This document shows, in pieces, positions 1 through 12,400 of a stretch of DNA of 64,000 nt. Source of the DNA: Oopsacas minuta (Eukaryota > Animalia > Porifera); contig JAKMXF010000055.1 of the NCBI GenBank assembly GCA_024704765.1, forward strand, positions 504,353-568,352, in the 5' to 3' direction. Numbering within the stretch: position 1 is the first letter of the stretch; each line of letters starts with the position of its first letter. Both the position numbers and the translations under genes were made by a program. A model generated the notes under the pieces. That model searched no databases and was not told the origin of the DNA. It saw nothing but the letters and a program-made list of their open reading frames with translations.

Positions 1-1001
1 ACTTCGACAATTCCGAAATTGTCAAAACATCAAATTCGGGGAAATTTGGAATTTGAAAAGTCAAAATGACATAATAATACTATGTCTGAGTCAATATTCA
101 ACCAAAGCCATGACTTGAGAACAATAGCATTTTGAAGGGTTCTTGTGATTCAAAATTTCAAACTTCTACCATGTATATTGTGATGTAAGTGGTGATTAAT
201 GTGATTTTCGAGATTCCAAAAAGGTGACAATAACTTTAAAATTCATCAGAGGGGTGAATGTTAGTACTATACTCGAAATTGTCCCATCCATCGGAGGTAG
301 CCATAAATGTCAAAAATCAGCCCTGGGAGTATTCTTTTTTTCTTTAATCAATTAAGAACAAACAAATGTATAAATAGTATACATAAACTGATTAATCGCG
401 TTTTATAGCACACTAGCGCCGTTGGCATGCTCGGGATTTACGCATAGGTTAGTCGTCCAGGTTTCTTAACTATTAGTTAGCTAAATTTTCGAGTGTTATT
501 TGTCGCTTAAGCAAAAGAATATACCCGGCACTAGTACCTCAAATTCACAGAATAGCTAAAGTAAAATACTATACTATCCTACTAGGTCAAGAAGACTTGA
601 TTTTTGGGCTTTTTGGGCCATATCTTGCCATAGTTGCCGGACCGTTGACATTTTGAAAGTGGTCAAACTTCTCGCCTCTGAGCATCGCGGACAATTACTT
701 CCCCAATGAAAGCTAAAAATTGAATCATACATATATCAAATAAATTACAAATTCATGGTGGTTGCCCACAAAATGGAACAAATTAATTTCATATAGAATG
801 TAAATGATGAAGAACAAGATGATTTTCGAAGCAAATTCCTAAATAGGCGCCAAAAATGATGAATTTGCATCAAATTGAATATATACAGTAAACTAATGCA
901 AAAGGAAAAGCCGGTACTGTTACAACGTTTTCAAAATTCATTTTATGAAGTAGCCAGGTTTAGTGACAAATAACAACAGAAAAATTCCAATACATTCTAA
1001 C

Positions 1002-1037
1002 AACAGTGGCACGAAATGGTCAGAATGTGGAAATGGG
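1002..1037 (+). repeat. Left (3') TIR of the RAG1-like element: heptamer AACAGTG, 16-nt spacer, ATGTGGAAATGGG
   Basis: Read directly; matches the right end over 11/12 terminal nt and 12/13 nt of the inner box. Confidence 0.85.
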
Positions 1038-1221
1038 CATTTTGATGGCACATAGGTCCATAAAATGTATTATTGTCATATAGGTTTTCGAGCCCAACGA
1101 ATCGAATGGGATACTCATTTTTTCTCTATCCCTTCAGGTGACAAAGTTATGACGTCATTGTCACCTATCTGAGGTGTGAAAATTCCCCAAATTTTCTATT
1201 AATCGATTGAGAGGTTTACTT

Positions 1222-3382
1222 TTAATCATCATTATGATCTTCATGATCACGAATAAGGGTGTTCACTAAAATATCTTGGCTACTTCTAAGTCCTTGGCTA
1301 GATGGAGGCCTTGGAATAGAAAACTTGCGATTCATTAACAGCATGGGATCACTGTGAGAAATCAATCGAACAAATACATCCTTTAAATTTTCTTCAAATG
1401 AAAACTTGCGAGCAAGACGATCTCTGTATCTCCGAATATATTTGTTAGAAGCCTCTAGTCCTTCTTCAGATAAGTTCTCTAGCCCATGTCCATCATTAAA
1501 CATTGAGATGATTTCCGGTGCATGTGCTAACAGTTTGTGTAACGTCGGGGAAACATTAGCCCAAGGAAATGCACAGAGAATTGACTGGTAGATATTACTG
1601 CAAACAAGCGCTAGTTCTTCTGTATCCACTCTTCTGCTGCTATTATAGACGCGTAGGATTGCTCCTAGGCATGTGTGAATTTCAATTATGTGGGACTTGA
1701 ACTCAGACGGGATCACTGTCAAAACCCAGTAGAGGAAATCTTGATCGTTGTCATCCTTTCTTATCAAGCATCGTCTTACCACATTACCAGTAGTCGTTGT
1801 GCCACCTTGTGTTGAAGGGATGTCAATAATAATATTGAGATTGTCTTTAATTAAACTTGTAACGAAAGTTTTAGCATCTGAGACTCTCTTAGAAGTTGGT
1901 GACCACTTAAATACTCCGCGTGCAAGTGGCTAATTAGATGTAAAAACCAGCCAAAACATCGGAGATATGCATGCAAAGGCGAACTGGGTATGATTTCTAA
2001 GTCAGATATTGGTCTGTGTGTAACGCTGAATCTGTTGTCAGAAGATAATGATAGAAACTCCTCTTCGTTAACTTCATCAAATAATACTTTCAGGTCTGTG
2101 ATGGATCGATTAATTGGAAAACCGTCTTTTGCGATATCCGGATCATGGATTTGTTTGAATGTCGCTGTGCAGAACTGGCAACATGCACCCCCAGCTCCAC
2201 TAATAATCTTAGCCATTTTGCCATCCAATTGTGAATGTTGAATTTCAACTTCACAAAATCCGCTTGTTAGTTCTAAACCCTTTTCCGTTATCTCTGTGGA
2301 CTCCTTATTGATTAGTGTATCCATAAGATATCGAATATTGTCTTCGTTCTCCTGTAGAGCTAGTATCGCAACGGGTCTAATTGAGAAAGGAGAATTTGGT
2401 AGAGGGTTTTCCAAATCAGTTTGTTATCGATGTCGGATATGGAAATCACCTTAAACCCGAATAAAATAAAACTTTTTGTTGAAATATTGGGGTGAGTCGC
2501 TTGCTGATAAACCCGGTGAGAGCCAGAACCGTCAAGTCCATCTGAAATTCGTATCCTTTTAGGATTGCTGGCGCTGGGAATTTCATTGGCAGAAGCAGTC
2601 AATATTCTGTTTACTGTATGAGTCAGAAGCTTTTTATAAGATACAGCAATGCCTACCCGATGTTCTCGATCAACTGAAAAGGTGTCATTAGTCAAGCAAA
2701 TTTGAGATCGATAGGTAGCTAATCGATTGTAACCTGGAAGCTGGACATCTGAAAGTAATAAACGTCTTAAATCGATGTATTTCTTCTTTCCAATTTCTAA
2801 AGAATCCATCAAGAAAGCAGCTTTATCGCAGGTTAGTTTATTGCAGACTGGACCGAAGCTTCCCTTAGCAATAATTTCTTTACAGAACTTGGTAGTAGTA
2901 AAGTCGTATTCAGTCTGTGAACATAGCATCATCAGGTAACAGGATAGTTCTTTACTTGAAACATTCTCTTGCACAGCAACCTTTTCAAGATGTGTTAGTA
3001 AGGAGAACAATCGGCTGCGAAGACCTTTAGTTGATAATTCCCTCAGAGGCTTACGGGTGGGCTTACTAAAATCTTCTTCGAAAACAGAGGTTGATTGGCT
3101 AGAAGAAACACTCCCTATCACCATGACTTCATCTGAGCATTGATAACCTGTACTCAATCTCGGGTGTTTAAGTGGTGTATGAAAAGGTATCGCATTCCAA
3201 GTAGTTATATCGGCTCGTTTCAGGTATTCTCTCCTATCTTCTCTGAGGGTCGAAAATTTTCTCCGAACTGTATCATGCTCTGTTTCTTCCAAATTATTGA
3301 GGACAATAAACGAGGACGCGAGAGAAGTGACTGTTTTATTCTTTTGTGCAGTTAAGAACGTGTATGCATCTTCGTTATTCAT
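1222..3382 (-). pseudogene. RAG1-core-like (Transib superfamily) transposase, about 720 aa after repairing two 1-nt frameshifts (~2410 and ~1918)
   Basis: ORFs 2360-3415, 1851-2414 and 1222-1782 join into one frame. Motifs: ISDGLDGSG (RAG1 D600-like), QLDGKM (D708-like), CCQFC (ZnC2), GGTTTTGNVVRR, LHKLLAH (ZnH2), SEEGLEASNKYIR (E962-like) and RLISHSDP. Start is taken at the ATG of MNNEDAY. Confidence 0.9.
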
Positions 3383-3971
3383 AATGAAAAATGTGCTAAT
3401 GAACAACCACAACAATTATTTATGATTTATATGGGCCAAAAATTAGATAATTGTGAATGGATTATATTTAAAATCGCAAAAAAATATCGTTGGCACTTCC
3501 TGACACCATAATTTAAAGTGTATTTTGTAGAGGACGAAAAGAGCTATTAGGAAAGTGCAATGGAAAGTTCCGCAAGTGAAGGCAAAAAAAGTACTAGAGT
3601 TTTAATGAAACGTGTTTCTATTTATTGCACTTGTACGAACAAGCTTGTTTAAAATGAGAATAGTAAATTCCATCTGTTCATTGGAGCCAAGATTAACGTG
3701 ATTTATTATTCAGCAACATAAGAGCTTTCGATTGGTATACTATAAATAGCAGTTATTTGACGTGGAGAATCCATATTATTCGAAATTACATCATGACCGA
3801 AAATTGAAACCATAAATCAATCTTTCGAATTTCAATTATGCTCTCATTGGAATAGACGTAGGAGCTAAATGGAAAGTCTATTGTAGAGATGTCAAATGTT
3901 TTCCGAGGTTTGTGGGGGTGCTGAATTCAAATATCAACACTATAAAGCAATTTGAGGTTATATTTTTTTCA

Positions 3972-3998
3972 CCTATTTCCACATGCCGTGCCACTGTG
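3972..3998 (-). repeat. Right (5') TIR of the RAG1-like element: heptamer CACAGTG, 7-nt spacer, ATGTGGAAATAGG
   Basis: Reverse complement of cctatttccacatgccgtgccactgtg, followed by the TSD ctaac. Confidence 0.88.
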
Positions 3999-5982
3999 CT
4001 AACACACAGAAAACATTCGGCAAAATCTAGCCAAACTCGACAAACAATCTAGCCTGTTTTGTGGAAAAATTGGCCATTTGCCAAATTCACAAATTTTCCC
4101 TTGTCATAGATAGCAGATTCTTCGTCTCTGCTTTCTCTAATAACCAAATAATTTCGGATAAAGTGTGATTTTATGATGTTAAAATGTGCCAAATCTCGAT
4201 TTGCGTGAGGGAATTGTTTTCATTACCAACGTAACACTTCGGTGTATTTGGGTAAATGAAGAATATTCTGGTGTGAATCTCTGAGATTTCCAAGGACAAA
4301 AGCAGCACTTTATGTTCAAGATATATGCTTAATTCGGGGTCTGTAGCATTTCTAACTTCGCAACCCCCCAGAACCCCAGATTTCCTACCAATATTAACAT
4401 AATGTGGTATTAGTGACGTAATAACGTCATATAACAACTCACACCTTAGCAAATACAAAATGCAATGATGCAAAGTTCAATAATGAGTCAGCATTGAACA
4501 CATATTACAGTATAAATACATCAATTTTCATAAAAATTTGAAAAATATTGTAAAGAATCAAGTTTCAATATCTAATATGGAAGAGCTTATTGAGAGATAC
4601 TGATCAAACCTTCGAAATTAGAATAATCGATTTATCATAGAAGAATATACTTTGTACAACAACTAAATATTCGTATATATAATATGGTCGGGACCTTATT
4701 CATAATAGACCCAGAAATAGCACAATTTAGTTTTTAATCATGGATGGCATGAGTTTTACATAGATATGTGAATCATAATGCGATGAAACAAGCAAAAACA
4801 GACACTTGTATAATCCGGAATCTATATTCCGACAGCGTTTAGGGCTCAAATATATTCAGACATTATAATTTCACCTGTAAATCCGACAAAATGGCAATCA
4901 GAAAAGTTCATGACAAACTAATACTGGTTTAACAGGTTTTACTGTATGGACATACCCAGAACACTTTCTATGTAAGTTACTGACTGTACATGAATTACCG
5001 GCACAAATATAACTGTGGATAAGGACAAATTCTTCCGTTGTTCTCTAATGTATCGAAATCAAGGTAGCAACCGAATAGTTCAATATTCATACTACAGAAT
5101 AACAACATTCGGGATTATATCGGTGCAAACTAAATATTAGTAGTAGTATTTGTTTGGCTTAACTGATTATTACAAGCATTCAGTGAGATAAATAGATAAT
5201 CATAATATTCTGTAAGGCTATATTCATGAAAACAGATACTAGCTTCGATGAGTTTCAACTTCGATATTAATAATAGCCATATCAAAATTCTCTACTTTTG
5301 GCACAAATGTATCAGCAATAGGAAACTTTCTAATCATGAATTGATATTAAACTTTCACAGTTATCAAGTAATATACAATATCTGGGTAATATTGATATTT
5401 GACGGAATAACATAATTACCATTAGATTTAGGTATACAAACTGCGTAATTCACGAAAAGAAAGGCTACAATTGAGGAAATAGAGTATCAATGTAGAGCCC
5501 TATCAACAAATATTTTCAGGATGTGAATAGAATATTTAAATAAATTGACAGGACAAGGGTTTCCAATGCTATATATGGTTATAATGATGGTTAATCTAGT
5601 CTTTAGTTATTTTATTGAATGTGCCATATACATAAAGTTTACAATTGAAGTCGTGGAATTTAGGAATGAAGTATTAAATATTCGAGCAATTGTATTTGCA
5701 TGATGATAGACAATGAGTGTATAAAAGGTATTATGTTGACAACGAATTCACTTGTATGTGTTCCCTCTAAGGAATCTGACTAGGAATGGAAGATACCTAC
5801 TGGTGCTATTTTTCAGCATATTAGTTAATCAATTAAATAATGGTAGTTCAGCTCCTGATGGAATACACCAAGCCCACCTACTATCTCATTCTGGCTGAGG
5901 CTCTGGCCATTTTATGTTATATTCATGTAGAACAAAATATTGATTTCATCAAATCAAGATTGGTAATGATATAGAGTATTAC

Positions 5983-6269
5983 CTGTAAGGTATAGCATGG
6001 ATAAAGGCCATTTCTATGATCTTTCTTAACTCAGAAATTTTCTGGCCAGCTTTAGTGTGTAAGAAGGTCTGGTCTTCCAATGAACATAATGTTGCCATCA
6101 TGCCGTTGTGAGATTTTAACCATCCAACTGAGGAGTCACCGTAGGAATGTATATCCAATCCATAGCTTGGATGCCTGATGCCAGCGGTTGGGTAGAGAAA
6201 ATAGGTCATTAGGTGTGTAGTTATACCCTCAATAGCAATACAACACGTCTTCATGAGATCGATGAAATC
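5983..6269 (-). CDS. HTT: HTT exon (phase 0 to 2), DFIDLMKTCCIAIEGITT...KISELRKIIEMAF
   Basis: Acceptor atcttag, donor gtaata, open frame. CCIAIEGITTHLMTYFLYPTAG resembles [22 protein letters not shown], and HTKAGQKISELRKIIE resembles DTRFGRKLSIIRGIVE. Phase fits the upstream exon ending at 14140. Confidence 0.82.
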
Positions 6270-7568
6270 CTAAGATAGATATGTGTAATCTAGCCGAAAA
6301 TCTCGTAGATAGATATTGGAAGCCATATAAAAACTGATGACTATGACCATGGGATACAATGAATGGTTGTAAGTCGCAAAAACCTTGCATTAGTGCTGAA
6401 ATATATGTAAATTACTAAACTATAGTTTTCCTTATAATTCAATAATTATTTAGGAAATTCATAAGTCAACAAATGTAAAGGTTATAAACAAAACTAAGCA
6501 CTAATAGAACAAAATTGCTAAGTTTCCTTAGGTAATAGTATTTTCAAACATCAGCACTTGCTAGGGCATGTTCCCCCAGACACCCGGTGTAGATTCCGCA
6601 ATGCACAAGACGCTGACTGAATTTGAGCTCCTGATGTGAGAAATATTACAAGATATTCCGAATAATTAGCCTACTGATTATTATATTATATACTTAAATA
6701 AGATGGAAAATTCAATTAATTATGATGTAATTAACCCCTTGTAAAACTATTGAAAAGAAATCTCCAGCATCTATTAAAATATGTGCAAAAGATATTCAAA
6801 TATAATAAATCGCAGAGTAAATCTGTAAATTTGCTTTTTCGCAGTCGGGGTCTCCGCACCCAATTACCCCTGCAACATGTTAAAACGTAATCTCTAGCTT
6901 GTTTTTTCATTTCACATAGATAATTGTGAAAATCAGAGTAATCACCAAAATGCTGTGAGATATTCACTTTAGAAAATTACATCAAAGGTGCAATTGTTAG
7001 ACCCATAATGTACATGTATACGAATTCTCAATTTAATCGGCCATGCTAGATTTCCACGCCAGGCAGATTGATAAAAGGACGGACGGAAGTACAGACGTCG
7101 CACATCGTCCATGACACTAGGGCATGTTCCAATAGTAGCTACACTAAAAATTTCGAAAAAACAAAAGGACCATATGATTTCATGATGTGGTCAGGGTTCA
7201 ACCAGGCAAACTATAGATGAAATATTACTATGAGCTAGAAGTAAACTGAAAATGTTTCGCAGGGTTGGCAAAAGGCATAGCTAAATATAGGTACAACTAT
7301 CATTTAGGCATTATACTAGTATAAATGTAACATTTAGATATTCTCATATGTAATCTGAATATTACCATGCACTTTACCACATAAGCGAATAAAAATCTTC
7401 AAGGGCGTGTATAGCGAGGGAGCTGAAATTTTAAGGGTTCAAACATATAAAAGTCACTAGCGAAACTTCACTATTTTCAGGGGGGTTTTCCCTGCGTACA
7501 GGGATTCGCCCAAAAAGTTGATATGTATGAATCTATACTATAAAACGCGATTAATTAAAGTGTGTACC

Positions 7569-7590
7569 TATATATATATATATATATATA
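7569..7590. repeat. (TA)11 microsatellite
   Basis: Read directly. Confidence 0.9.
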
Positions 7591-8879
7591 CACATTTGTA
7601 AGTCGGAATTGATTGAAGAATCTAGAAGACACCAAGGCTGATTATTGGCATACAAGGATATTATGGGCCAGGTTCAGACATTTTGAGTTTTGGACGAAAA
7701 TTCACACCTAGGACGAAACTATGAGGTCAAAATTTCTGCTATCTCATGGACTTGAGGCAAAAAGTCTGAGTATTTTCCGCCACTTAGCGACCAAAAGTAC
7801 TAAGTTAATCAGGTGTCAAATAATTAAGTTAATATGAAGCACTAAGGGGTTCCGTAGCGACCAAGTGTGAGAACCGTGCTAGCAAATACTAAGGATATAT
7901 CTACAAACTTATACGGTGCTTGTGCATGTGTGGTCTGGGCTTGGTTTCAATAAATGTTCCAGTGGTGGCACAATATACAGCTTCCATCAGGTTCTGCCAA
8001 TGACTAACCGGCCCACACTGAAATTGATTCCTATAGCAATACTGGTTGTATATAAAGTTATGGCAAAGTATCGTGAAGTATTCAAATAATGCTTAGCATA
8101 TATAATAAATACGTTAATGTTAAATGCAAATAGTAAAATATTGAATTCGTTCATTTTCTAGAGATAGATAAAACTGTTTTACATTTGTAATATAGAAATA
8201 TAATTCAGAACTCAATTTAGAAAGTTAAGAATGGAATCAGTGGAAACACTTTAGTTAGACCCGTAAAGTATTAAATGAAATTCAGTTGGAGGAATATTAT
8301 GTGGATGAACAAAAAGTATTTGAACGAATTTGGTTCGAACGAATATTCGTTTTCAAAAACGAATACTCTATAATTCGATATATAAGCGTTGATCATAAAG
8401 TAATGAGACTAATCTATCGATTTAGGATTCTATTGATGAGAGCTATACGCCTATTATCACATTACGACAGTTGATATATAGGCTAATGCATATTCTCATA
8501 ATAGCTTTTTGAAAGTTTATGCGTCCATTGTGCTGAGTACATTCTAGGTATTGAAATTTAGCAAGGAAAACATCAAAATATTTGGTACCTGTGAAAAATG
8601 GGAATACTTGCTCGCATATTCTTAAAGGTCACATGACGTTTTGGCCAATGAATGTCCTTTCAAAAGCGACAATACACATGTGGATCGTAAGAATTGAAAA
8701 TGGCGATGATGCAACTACCATTAAATTGACTGAGTTAAAGGATATAGGATGATGATAGACGAATACCAATTCGGGAGTTAGAAGAATGGGTAGGTACACC
8801 AAGAGCCATTCAACATTCGATTATTTGGGAAGATCAAAAATGTACAATACTACGGTATGCTGCACAATTGGTCCAGAGA

Positions 8880-9410
8880 CTTCTACCAAATTAACAAAAA
8901 GACAAGAGAGTTAAAGTTACAAAAAGATTCGTAAATTTACAATTCAAATAATAGCCCTTTGGATCGTATCATGGTAGATGATGAGTCTTGGTTTCATCAT
9001 TATGAACCAGAGAGTGAAAATCAATCAAAACAATGGGAAAGGCGAATGAACATGAATACAGGAATGTGAAGGCCGCGACATCAGCTGGAAATAGTCGTAT
9101 TCAGGGATGTGAAATATGAAAGGAACTCTAATTTTGATTAGTTACCAGAGAAGACAACCATAAGTAGTGAATACTACATCGGTGAATTGAAGGAATTGGG
9201 CAAAGGTATTAAGTGTGAAAAGCGAGGGAAGTCAACATGTGGCTTGCGGTCCAACATGCCAACAAAAAAGGCCCAATGTAAGCTTCAAAACAATGGATGC
9301 AATGACTTGGGTCTAGAATGCCTCCATCAACAGCCTTATAGACCAGAACTGGTTCCCAGGGACTACAGGTTAATCGGAGAGATGAAATGACCTCATAAAG
9401 TTTAAACAGC
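8880..9410 (+). mobile_element. Decayed mariner transposase fragment
   Basis: DRIMVDDESWFHHYEPESENQSKQW (TGDETW-like motif) at ~8960-9035 and HQQPYRPELVPRDY (HPPYSPDLAPSD-like motif) at ~9325-9366. TIRs not found. Confidence 0.7.
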
Positions 9411-12400
9411 ATTTTCTACTCAATGTGCATATATGAAAGTTTTTACATTAATTTCACACAAAATATAAAAATTTGCAAATTCAAAAGTTGGCTCTATATT
9501 GGGTTACATAGACACTATAGATCAGAAATTTTTATGAATATTCAATTATAACTTGAGAATACTTAAATTATGCTATACTCAGAATATCCAACACACACGA
9601 CTTCCCATATCTTTGAAATACATTATGATGAGGAAGAATTAAAGAGTATTGCTCAATCCTCAAAATAAAGTAATATATGGGCATTCTCACGTTGATAGGA
9701 GATACATCATCAAATTCTAATAGAAGGGTTTAGGAAGTTGGTAAATTGTATACAATGGCAATCCTGATTTTAGAATAAGTATAACGATTCTTGAGGTACA
9801 ATTGAATGGTCCTAAATTATCCTTAGTGCAAGTGTAACTCAATGATGACCAAATTTATGCATTCCAGGTTTTGATATTATATAAAAGATTTATAGAATAT
9901 TTCATCTAGTCAGTTTGAGATGAAAAATGCTCTATAAAGTTAGAAAATGGACAAAAGAATGATATATTTTACTAATTAAATACTTGATAGACACATATTA
10001 TGACACATTCCTCATATTTCTACAATATATTGTAATGAAATTTACATACAAAATCTAATACAAGTATTCAGGAAACCAATCATATATAGCTTTCACCTAA
10101 GACTGCATCTATGGTCACAAATTTAGGAATGAATGTCATCATTATGGAGATACCATGGCTTTCACCTAATATGTGGTATGGCAATCTCTTGTGAATTTTG
10201 GACGATGGTTGCGTTGGCGATGAATGTAATTACATGTAGCTTCATTTTTGTAGGAACGCAGTATTTTGGGATATTAGGTGAGTTGCATAATCTGAGAAGA
10301 TAAAAGTTTCAATCAAGTAATTACTGATAAAATATTTCAGGAAAGGGCCGAATCGTTTGTTATTACTTGATATTATTTGATGTCTTATAGAGTGGGAGGT
10401 AATGATTTTTCATTTAATGGTATAATACAAAATGATCCAAAGATGCTTAGGCAAAATATAAAAATGAGTTATGTATATTTTTTGGCGCCTTCTCGAGGAA
10501 TTTTTGACATCATAGATCATACATTATTTAGCAATATTCAATTATATATCGATAATCGTGCAAGTTATTGCTAAACCAGTATAACTATACCATCAGATTA
10601 GCGTTGTAACGTTCTAAGAGAAGATTGTTTTAAGCATTCTGGAGAGAATTTGTATTTTGAAAACAAGAAAGTTATGGAGTTCCACAATAATGCACATAAT
10701 TCCTGACAGTTACTTGTGGAGTTAGGACTAAGGATAGGTTTGGGAAATGAAAATTTCATGTGCGCTCCATATTGCAGAATTAGAGCGCATTTGCACAAAA
10801 TCTATTGAATACTTGTAGAGCAACAAATTTTCAGCACTCATATGCTAAAAATTAAGTAATATATCAAATATGTATAGAGAATAAATATTATTAACATATT
10901 TTTGATTAACTCTAAATAAAATATATTATATTCCAAAGTGAATATTTGAAAAGATACATAGATACTTCAATACAAAATATAAACACTTTGGTATACAAAA
11001 GTTGAGTTATTAATGGGGTACAGCTGTGACCAGGATGGAATATTCTCATAAAATCCAACTATAACTGGATAATCGTTAAAACTTCGCCATAATCAGTATA
11101 GCCACTTTGTAGCAAAATTATTTCAAATAACCTGACAATAAATTCTGAAATGGATAACCCGAGCAATGTGACATAATGATGAATATGCCTATATATTGTA
11201 ATTCAAAACATTAAACTATACCTTTCAGAGATATCATACAAAATATATTATCAAGGTATGGGAAGTCCCGTTTACTACAAAGTGGTTTCGCAATGTTAGC
11301 AAAATATTAAGAAAATAGAGGTACGATTGAATACTGGATATTCACCAGATGTGTCATCCCTGGTCTCTACTACAACTCAATAACGAGTTAACTAATGTAT
11401 CAATTTTGATATTTTGCAAAAACTATAGATGATCATTTCATATTTTGACCTTGATATGAAAGATACAATGACTCACGTTCTTCAAGGAATATAAGGATGA
11501 AATATTTTACAAAATAAGTACTTAGTAGACACATATTTTGGCAAGTTCCTTAAATATTGAAAATATAATTGTTGCTACTGTTGTTCAACAAATATGCAAT
11601 ACATGTATTCGGGCAAAAAGCGCCGTTTTTGCATATAGGACTGATATAGAATTTGTTCATGCGCTCTAAACCAAAATCAAGAGGTTACTGTAATCGGGAT
11701 TATATATAGTAGACTAGGGTACATATAACCAGAGGAAACTAATTATTAAAACATTAGTAAATTCTTCACGAATTTCATTAAGAGATCTAAAGGGAAAATT
11801 GGCAACGCGGGAACAATATCAACACCGATGTAGGAATTTTATCAACTTTTGAGGTAAGAATCAGCATCAATGGTACTAAAATGCAAATAAATTTATCAAA
11901 GTTGTATCCACGTCTTAATATATCTCAGGGCAATGCGTAATAGGTTCAAGTCCAGCATAACAATCAATAGCCACAGAATCTCATGGAAAGCACCATCCTA
12001 AGGTTGAATATCACAAGAAGAGAATTCCCCAGTTCATCGTTGTGACCCGAGTCAGAGTTGGAAAACTGAGAACAAAATCATAGTTCTGGGAAGGCCAAGT
12101 ATTTCCACTGACTTCTTCGGAATGTTTGCCCAAGAATTAATATGAACAAAGACATTGCATTCTAAGAATACAGGAGGAATTGGAACACTCACCCAATAGT
12201 TTCTTCCAATTTTTCTAGTTTCTATGGATCGAAGAGTACAATGTGTGGGAAATGACTACGGAAAAATATCAAATATTAATTCTCCAAGATTGTATATTAG
12301 AAACATCAAATTTAATGAATATACAATGAAGATGCACTCAGGGATAGTATCATTTAGATAGACAGTAGAACTCCGATAAGAAGTACCCCTCGGTTAACAA

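Larger units (their letters stand above)
1002..3998 (-). mobile_element. Transib/RAG1-like DNA transposon, full length, 2997 bp
   Basis: CTAAC direct repeat at 997-1001 and 3999-4003 (5-bp TSD). Ends read AACAGTGGCACG (1002-1013) and CACAGTGGCACG (reverse complement of 3987-3998). It encloses a RAG1-core-like transposase. Confidence 0.93.

Noticed and set aside
3955-3970. A-tract 22-23 nt from the right heptamer as an RSS nonamer (ACAAAAACC)
   Set aside because: Only 5-6 of 9 positions match in AT-rich DNA, and there is no counterpart at a 12-nt spacer on the left end.
6731-10860. ORFs 6731-6967 and 10598-10798 as HTT exons
   Set aside because: Both fall inside the intron defined by the in-phase 14140-6269 join, and the similarity is weak.
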